DNA of 64,000 nucleotides from Lentisphaerae bacterium GWF2_49_21 (GTDB taxonomy: Bacteria; Verrucomicrobiota; Lentisphaeria; Victivallales; GWF2-50-93), in assembly GCA_001804805.1 (NCBI GenBank), contig MHBH01000005.1, positions 124,618-188,617 of the forward strand. Direction: 5' to 3'. This document shows, in pieces, positions 57,996 through 64,000 of the stretch. The translations under genes were made by a program, and so were the position numbers. The notes beneath the pieces are model-generated. The model saw only the letters and a program-made list of their open reading frames with translations, searched no databases and was not told the DNA's origin. The stretch's first letter is position 1. Each line of letters begins with the position of its first letter.

Positions 57996-59338
57996 TTTTG
58001 TGCTGCTTTCAGCTTTTCTATCTCCAGCTGTACTTCGTTCATTGAAGCCGGCCTGCTGCTGGTTTCCTTTGCAAGGCATTTTTCCACGACGAGAGTGTTC
58101 CATTCCTTTGGCAGGTCGGGCCTTATTGTGTGAATGGCAGGGGGCTTTTCAAACTTGTGCTTCTTGAAGAGTTCCAATGAGGTTTCCGCCACGAAAGGAG
58201 GGGAGCCTGTTATAAGATGATAGAGCGTGGCGCCGTACGAATAGATGTCGGATTGAACAGTGGCGGTTTCCCCCATGAATATTTCAGGTGCGAGATATAT
58301 CGGCGTTCCGACAATGAAGCCATCCTGTGTCGTGCTGAGGCTGTCGGGCAGCTTCGCGATTCCGAAATCGCTCAGCTTCGCCTCGCTGGTCTTTATGTCG
58401 TAAAGTATGTTCTTGAGCTTGACGTCGCGGTGGTAGATTTTATTCTTGTGCAGTTCGGATATTGCCGACGCAATGTCATAGGCTATGTGGATGAAGGCCT
58501 TGATCGGTATCTTGCCTCGTGTCACGAGATATTCCTCGAGGTCTACGCCATCGACATATTCCATCACGAGATACGGGCAGTCGTTGTGGTAGCCGCTGTC
58601 GATAAACTCCACAATATTGGGATGCTTCATCTTCGACATGATCTCGATTTCATTCTTGAACCTTTCGACGGAGTCCTTCTTTTCGATGGAGCTCTTGGAC
58701 AGCATTTTCATGGAGTATGTCTTCTTGGTGTCGGCCTTTACGACCTTGTAGACGAGGGAGTTCTTGCCCCATCCGAGGGAGTCGACGATGACGTAGCCGT
58801 CTATGTTGTCGCCGATGAACGGGACATTGTGGTTCATATTGAATTTTATCCTGGTCGTCTCGGCCATGCTGGCGTCATATAGCTTTTTCTTTTTCCTGTT
58901 CAGCAGCAGCTTGACCCTGGTGGAGAGCTCTGCGGGGCTGAAAGGCTTCTTGAGGAAGTCGTCGGCGCCGCATTCTATCAGCTTGTTCTGTATCTCGTCA
59001 ATGTCATATCCTGAGATCAGTATCACCGGTATGTCCAGGTTGGAGCTCCTTATCTGCTTGCATATCTCAAAGCCGTTGGTGTCGGGAAGCAGCACGTCGA
59101 GCACCGCGAGATCGATATCCGGGGCGATGGCTTCAGTCTCATGAGGGATCAGCCCGAGCGCCTTGAAGGCGGTCTTGCCGTTTGAGGCGGTCTTGATGTC
59201 CTTGAAGCCGGCATCGGCGAGTATCCTCACAATGAGCTTGAGCACGAAACTGTCGTCGTCGACGACAAGTATCTTCTTTTCCTCATGCAATTTTATTCTC
59301 TGGATTTTCAAGTCCGGCATCCCCTTGTATAAAGTCAT
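57992..59338 (-). CDS. Response-regulator receiver domain fused to a Hanks-type Ser/Thr kinase
   Basis: ILVVDDD, DLAVLDVLLPDTNG, ILISG, DFLKKPF, then HPNIV, HRDVKLKN, DFG, GTPIYLAPE, DIYSYG. Confidence 0.92.
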   Translation of the reverse strand: MTLYKGMPDLKIQRIKLHEEKKILVVDDDSFVLKLIVRILADAGFKDIKTASNGKTAFKALGLIPHETEAIAPDIDLAVLDVLLPDTNGFEICKQIRSSNLDIPVILISGYDIDEIQNKLIECGADDFLKKPFSPAELSTRVKLLLNRKKKKLYDASMAETTRIKFNMNHNVPFIGDNIDGYVIVDSLGWGKNSLVYKVVKADTKKTYSMKMLSKSSIEKKDSVERFKNEIEIMSKMKHPNIVEFIDSGYHNDCPYLVMEYVDGVDLEEYLVTRGKIPIKAFIHIAYDIASAISELHKNKIYHRDVKLKNILYDIKTSEAKLSDFGIAKLPDSLSTTQDGFIVGTPIYLAPEIFMGETATVQSDIYSYGATLYHLITGSPPFVAETSLELFKKHKFEKPPAIHTIRPDLPKEWNTLVVEKCLAKETSSRPASMNEVQLEIEKLKAAQN

Positions 59339-59433
59339 AGTTTACACTCTTTTAATATATTTTAATATGGGAATTGCAAAAAATTATTCTTTGTATATCG
59401 TAGAGGGCTGAGTTTTCAAAAAAGGTGCCAATT

Positions 59434-61899
59434 ATGACAAACAAGGAATATGATTTTTCAAAGATAGAACCGAAATGGCAGAAGTACTGGGACGAGAACA
59501 AGACCTTCAGGGCCGATGATTTCTCCGGCAAGAAGAAGTTCTACTGCCTTGTCGAGTTCCCGTATCCGTCAGGCGACGGCCTCCATGTGGGCCACCCGCG
59601 TTCCTATACTGCCTTGGATATCCTCGCCCGTAAGAGGAGGATGCAGGACTGCAATGTGCTTTTCCCGATGGGGTTCGACAGCTTCGGCCTGCCTTCGGAG
59701 AATTATGCAATAAAGACGGGAATACATCCCACAATTGTCACACGGAAGAACATAGAGAGATTCACCGCCCAGCTGAAGTCGCTGGGATTCTCCTTCGACT
59801 GGGACAGGGTGTTTTCAACGACTGATCCGGACTACTACCGCTGGACACAGTGGATCTTCATAAAATTCTTCGAGAAAGGCCTGGCGTACAAGTCGAAGAT
59901 GCCCATCAACTGGTGCCTTTCCTGCAAGATCGGCCTTGCCAACGAGGAGGTCGTGGACGGGAAATGCGAACGCTGCGGCGGTGATGTCGAGAAAAGAAGC
60001 ATCGAACAGTGGATGCTGAAAATAACAGCCTACGCAGACAAGCTCATCAAGGATCTCGATACCGTGGATTTCCTCGAGAAGATCAAGGCGCAGCAGATAA
60101 ACTGGATCGGCCGTTCTGAAGGAGCCGACGTGGATTTCATGATAGACGGGACGGGCAGGAAGATAACTGTCTACACGACGCGCCCCGACACTCTTTTCGG
60201 CGCCACCTACATGGTGCTCTCGCCGGAACACGCACTTGTGCATGAGATAACTTCCGCCCAGCAGAAGGATGCCGTCGACGCATATTGCAGACATGCCGCA
60301 AGGATGAGCGATCTCGAAAGGACGGAGGAGAAGGAGAAGACAGGCGTGTTTACAGGAGCGTACGCTGTCAATCCCGTCAACGGGAAGAAAATTCCCGTCT
60401 GGATCGCGGACTATGTCCTTATAAGTTATGGAACAGGCGCGATAATGGCGGTGGCTGCGCACGACACCCGTGACTTCGAGTTCGCTGTGAAATTCAGACT
60501 TCCGGTCATATGCATTATTTCTCCTGATGTAAAAGAGGCCGAATCGGCAGGAGTCGACATCCAGGACGTGTTGGAAGGGAAGTCCTGCTGGTCCGGCAAC
60601 GGCAGGATGATCAATTCCTCGAACAGCGACGGACTCGATATAAACGGACTTGAAGTGACTGATTCGAAGCGCAGGACTACTGAATGGCTGGAGAAAAAGG
60701 GAATAGGCAAAGGCGCTGTGAACTACAAGCTGAGGGACTGGGTATTCTCGAGACAGCGTTACTGGGGCGAGCCGATACCGATGATACACTGCGACAAATG
60801 CGGCTGGGTTCCTGTCCCGGAGGATCAGCTCCCGGTACTGCTTCCGCAGGTCGATAAATACGAGCCTACCGATACCGGCGAATCTCCTCTTGCCGTCATC
60901 TCCGACTGGGTCAGGACAACCTGCCCGAAATGCGGCGCTGCGGCGAAGAGGGAGACTGACACCATGCCCAACTGGGCGGGATCTTCCTGGTATTTCCTTA
61001 GATATATTGATCCGAAGAACAACAAATGCTTCGCAGACCGGAAGAAGCTTGACTACTGGATGGGTGTTGACTGGTACAATGGTGGAATGGAACACACCAC
61101 GCTGCACCTTCTCTATTCACGGTTCTGGAACAAATTCCTCTTCGACTGCGGACTTGTCCCTACAAGCGAGCCATATATGAAGAGGACTTCGCATGGAATG
61201 GTCCTGGGAGAGGGCGGGGAGAAGATGTCAAAATCCCGCGGCAATGTCATCAATCCGGACGATGTTGTCGGTAAATATGGCGCCGACGTCTTCCGCCTGT
61301 ATGAGATGTTCATAGGGCCGTTCGACCAGTCGGCCGCATGGGACACGAAAGGTATTTCCGGGATCGACAGGTTCCTGAGGAAATTATGGAGGATGATGGT
61401 GGAGTCGGAGATTTCAGATGAGCCGATGAACAGGGAGCAGCTCCGCGTCCTGCACCAGACGATCAAGAAGGTCGGGGAGGACATCGAGACACTTGATCTC
61501 AACACCGCCATAAGCCAGATGATGATTTTTACGAATGAATTCTCCAAGTCCGGGAAGCTTCCTAGGGAGGCGGCCGAATCCTTCATCAAGGTGCTGGCGC
61601 CTTTCGCCCCTCATATCTGCGAGGAGCTTTGGGAGATTTTTGGGCATGGAAGTTCAATAGCCCATGCCCCTTGGCCGGCATACAAGGATGAGTTCCTCAA
61701 GCTTGACGAAATCGAGATACTGGTGCAGATTAAGGGAAGGCCAAAGGCGAGGATGATGATGCCTGCAGGGATAACGCAGGACAAGATGCAGGAGCTCGCT
61801 CTCGGAAATGCCGAGGTGGGCAAGGAGCTTTCCGGCAAGAAGATTATCAAGGTCGTCTGCGTTCCGGGACGTCTGGTGAATATAGTTTCAAATCCGTAA
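59434..61899 (+). CDS. leuS: Leucine--tRNA ligase
   Basis: FPYPSGDGLHVGH (HIGH), GFDSFGLP, TTRPDT, YGTGAIMAV, DWVFSRQRYWGEPIP, KMSKS. Confidence 0.98.
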   Translation: MTNKEYDFSKIEPKWQKYWDENKTFRADDFSGKKKFYCLVEFPYPSGDGLHVGHPRSYTALDILARKRRMQDCNVLFPMGFDSFGLPSENYAIKTGIHPTIVTRKNIERFTAQLKSLGFSFDWDRVFSTTDPDYYRWTQWIFIKFFEKGLAYKSKMPINWCLSCKIGLANEEVVDGKCERCGGDVEKRSIEQWMLKITAYADKLIKDLDTVDFLEKIKAQQINWIGRSEGADVDFMIDGTGRKITVYTTRPDTLFGATYMVLSPEHALVHEITSAQQKDAVDAYCRHAARMSDLERTEEKEKTGVFTGAYAVNPVNGKKIPVWIADYVLISYGTGAIMAVAAHDTRDFEFAVKFRLPVICIISPDVKEAESAGVDIQDVLEGKSCWSGNGRMINSSNSDGLDINGLEVTDSKRRTTEWLEKKGIGKGAVNYKLRDWVFSRQRYWGEPIPMIHCDKCGWVPVPEDQLPVLLPQVDKYEPTDTGESPLAVISDWVRTTCPKCGAAAKRETDTMPNWAGSSWYFLRYIDPKNNKCFADRKKLDYWMGVDWYNGGMEHTTLHLLYSRFWNKFLFDCGLVPTSEPYMKRTSHGMVLGEGGEKMSKSRGNVINPDDVVGKYGADVFRLYEMFIGPFDQSAAWDTKGISGIDRFLRKLWRMMVESEISDEPMNREQLRVLHQTIKKVGEDIETLDLNTAISQMMIFTNEFSKSGKLPREAAESFIKVLAPFAPHICEELWEIFGHGSSIAHAPWPAYKDEFLKLDEIEILVQIKGRPKARMMMPAGITQDKMQELALGNAEVGKELSGKKIIKVVCVPGRLVNIVSNP

Positions 61900-61927
61900 T
61901 ACAATTAAATAAGGAAAGAGGTGTCAA

Positions 61928-62026
61928 ATGGGTCAGCAGTTCAACAAAGTGGAAAAACGCAAGCGTCGCAAGGCTTATCTCCTGAGGAAAAAGGCGAGGA
62001 TCAAGGCCACTATCAAGAAGAAATAG
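61928..62026 (+). CDS. 32-aa highly basic small protein (not in the ORF track)
   Basis: MGQQFNKVEKRKRRKAYLLRKKARIKATIKKK*; preceded by the purine-rich RBS AAGGAAAGAGGT. Confidence 0.7.
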   Translation: MGQQFNKVEKRKRRKAYLLRKKARIKATIKKK

Positions 62027-62028
62027 CA

Positions 62029-62427
62029 TTGGGCAAGAAATCCAAAGCTGTTTTCAAGAAATGTTCGGGCTGCGCTTTTAAGTGGGCGGACCGCGCGCAT
62101 TTCCTTTCCGATCCCGATGTCGACCTTGTAGGATACCAGGTACACTTCGAACATCTTGAACTCGGTCTTTTCCTTTTCAACCACAGGTGCGGAAGCACGA
62201 TCGCGCTTCAGGCGAAAATTTTTACCGACCTCTATAAGGGACCGGTATTCAAGGAGAGGAAAACCGCTACGAAGGAATGTTCCGGATACTGCCTCCGTCC
62301 GGCTGAACTGCGTTCGTGCCCTGTTCAATGCGAGTGTGCTTTTGTCAGGAAAATTTTAAACAGGATAAAATCCTGGAAAAAAGAGGGCGAGCCATCTGGA
62401 AAGTTCCAGAAAGGCAGGCCTGCTTGA
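62029..62427 (+). CDS. Cys-rich hypothetical protein (probable metal binding)
   Basis: TTG start 2 nt after the small-ORF stop; CSGC, FNHRC, CSGYC and CPVQCEC (8 Cys). Confidence 0.7.
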   Translation: MGKKSKAVFKKCSGCAFKWADRAHFLSDPDVDLVGYQVHFEHLELGLFLFNHRCGSTIALQAKIFTDLYKGPVFKERKTATKECSGYCLRPAELRSCPVQCECAFVRKILNRIKSWKKEGEPSGKFQKGRPA

Positions 62428-62491
62428 AATATCATCCGGTGTAAATAGTTCTTTTGTAGCGACCGACTGCAGTGGCCGCAGTTTTATCAAT

Positions 62492-62620
62492 AAGAAACTT
62501 TTACCGGTTAAGTAGGGCGGTCATTCCTGGCCGCCATCTTGTCGGGCTTCCGCCTTCGCTAAGATGCTACGGCGGGACAAGGGAAAGCCCGACCTACTTC
62601 AGAGGCAAGTTTCAAAGGAG
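62492..62620. mobile_element. 129-bp REP-doublet element, copy 2 (inverted)
   Basis: Reverse complement of 21154-21282. Confidence 0.85.
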
Positions 62621-62654
62621 GGAGTCTGGACATTTATTGCCTCCAGATTCTTTT

Positions 62655-63998
62655 TTATCGGTGTCGTGGCAGGACGCTTATGCCGTATTCAAGATCGATC
62701 TTGGGCCGTCCTTTCAATGTTCCCTTCAGTGAAATGACCCATAGGATTTTGTGTCCTTCAGAACTGCTGTCCGTCGTCCGGGCGTTTTCCGGAATCAGGA
62801 TCTCCTTGCTGCCGGAAGGCATCCGGAGATAATCGTCCGTATCGATCACCTGGAACTTTTCAAGGATGTTCCTTTGGGATTTTACTTCTCCAGGATCCCC
62901 GCCACGGCACTCGAGATTGATTGACAGATGTCTGAAGCTTTCTGCCGACCTCTCATTTATTGCCCACTGGATCCTGAGCTTGCCGCCGGGATGAGGAGTT
63001 CTCGTGCTGACGCTGATCCTCGGACGCGGATTGAGAAGGGATATGAAGCTCGTGAGCACAAGGAAGAGGAAAAGTAGGCCGAGCAGGACAAATGGGACAA
63101 GGAATATCGTCAGGAACCACTCCGGCCTTCCCTTCATCCATCCAATAATGCACTGATAGATGAATATTGAAAGTATTCCGTTCCAGAATCCGGCAAGGAA
63201 GATGGAGCCGATAAAAGCCTTGAACGGCCCCGTCACCGGCTTGAGGACAATTTCACCTGACGAGTAATCATCAAGGGACCTGCTGTCATATTCTGCGAAT
63301 TCCGCAGACGCCTTCCGCCTCTTTTTCAAGGTGTAGTAAACTCCGAGCGCTCCGACTATTATGAAGGCAACAGGAATCAGGGCAAACAGGAATTCCCACG
63401 ACAAGTTCCTGTTCAGCACCGAATCGGAAGGGTCTTCGGGATTCACATAGCAAGTCGAGATGCTTCCCGCAGGATAGCGGTTGACTATTTCCTTTTTTCC
63501 TTCGCGTCCGCTGCTTGAGCTTCCAAGCATGAAATTATATTGGCTTGACCTGTATTCCCTGCCATCGACCTCATATGAATACATGATATCTACGCTATAG
63601 GTCGCGCCGTTCCTGCCGCTATGGCTTCCGACTGAGCTTGAAATAATCCTGCATGGAGTCTTGTCCCATTTCTCGGCATCAAGGATCTTCAGCCCGGGAA
63701 CTATCCCAAGCATGTAGAATACCCCCAGGCCGATAAGAAGAAATGCTGAAAAGACTAAAAGCGCCACTTTATCTGCTGGAGACTTGTCCTTCACCTCAGC
63801 ATCCTTCTTGAAATATTCTGTGACGCTCCATCCGGTCCATACGGAATATATCCCCCCGGCGCCGATCATCACGAAAATCAGGGGTATGAGCATGAATGGC
63901 AGGAGAAGGAACATTGATGAGTCGCTGGTGATGACAGATTCGGAAGGGTTGTATGGATTGACACGGCACCTCGCCTTTGAATCTTTTGGGAACTTGTC
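62655..63998 (-). CDS. Multi-TM protein with tandem DUF3592-like domains (5'-truncated)
   Basis: Frame is open to the window end; W..TPCRIISS, YSYEVDGREY, YVNPEDPSDSVL, and a second copy RVNPYNPSESVI upstream. Confidence 0.8.
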   Translation of the reverse strand, partial: DKFPKDSKARCRVNPYNPSESVITSDSSMFLLLPFMLIPLIFVMIGAGGIYSVWTGWSVTEYFKKDAEVKDKSPADKVALLVFSAFLLIGLGVFYMLGIVPGLKILDAEKWDKTPCRIISSSVGSHSGRNGATYSVDIMYSYEVDGREYRSSQYNFMLGSSSSGREGKKEIVNRYPAGSISTCYVNPEDPSDSVLNRNLSWEFLFALIPVAFIIVGALGVYYTLKKRRKASAEFAEYDSRSLDDYSSGEIVLKPVTGPFKAFIGSIFLAGFWNGILSIFIYQCIIGWMKGRPEWFLTIFLVPFVLLGLLFLFLVLTSFISLLNPRPRISVSTRTPHPGGKLRIQWAINERSAESFRHLSINLECRGGDPGEVKSQRNILEKFQVIDTDDYLRMPSGSKEILIPENARTTDSSSEGHKILWVISLKGTLKGRPKIDLEYGISVLPRHR

Positions 63999-64000
63999 CA

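Noticed and set aside
292-61589. Many long antisense or alternate-frame ORFs in the track (e.g. 292-1044, 14466-15494, 33032-33922, 34936-35844, 59815-61107)
   Set aside because: They shadow well-supported genes on the opposite strand or frame and carry no recognisable motifs.
61921-62028. N-terminal extension of the 168-aa ORF 61921-62427
   Set aside because: Better explained by the RBS-supported basic 32-aa ORF in another frame plus a TTG start at 62029.
1-64000. CRISPR array
   Set aside because: No run of constant 23-47 bp repeats with unique, equal-length spacers. The repeats are palindromic REP/MITE-like or short tandem units, and no cas genes are present.

Overview
A chromosomal window of about 50% GC from an anaerobic, polysaccharide-degrading bacterium. 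The gene content suggests the PVC superphylum, possibly Lentisphaerae-like; this is inference only. Housekeeping genes (pyrF, tRNA-Gln(CTG), rsmE, accA, murI, pcnB, nadB, lnt, tlyA, tcdA, mnmE, leuS) are interspersed with carbohydrate genes (GH1, GH29, GH36, two six-hairpin glycosidases, a beta-propeller, a beta-helix protein, a fucose-isomerase-like enzyme, FAD oxidoreductases and AraC regulators). There are also hydF/aspA, two Ser/Thr kinases and a lower-GC type II R-M pair. I see no CRISPR array, transposase, integrase or phage genes. Four signals stand out. (1) The intergenic DNA holds layered repeats: short-tandem-repeat brackets, TIR shells, GTAG/GGAG REP doublets, and 23-38 bp hairpin micro-insertions that share a CCTGT-like end and nest inside one another. 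(2) A gamma-glutamylcyclotransferase is fused to a putative glutamine-synthetase/GCS-fold ligase, inside a tightly packed ldt-accA-acetyltransferase-X-murI operon. (3) An integrase-less integron remnant (attI-like site, one cassette, degenerate attC) lies at about 54.0-54.5 kb. (4) An unannotated 32-aa, very basic ORF follows leuS. All assignments come from motifs read by eye; no database searches were run.
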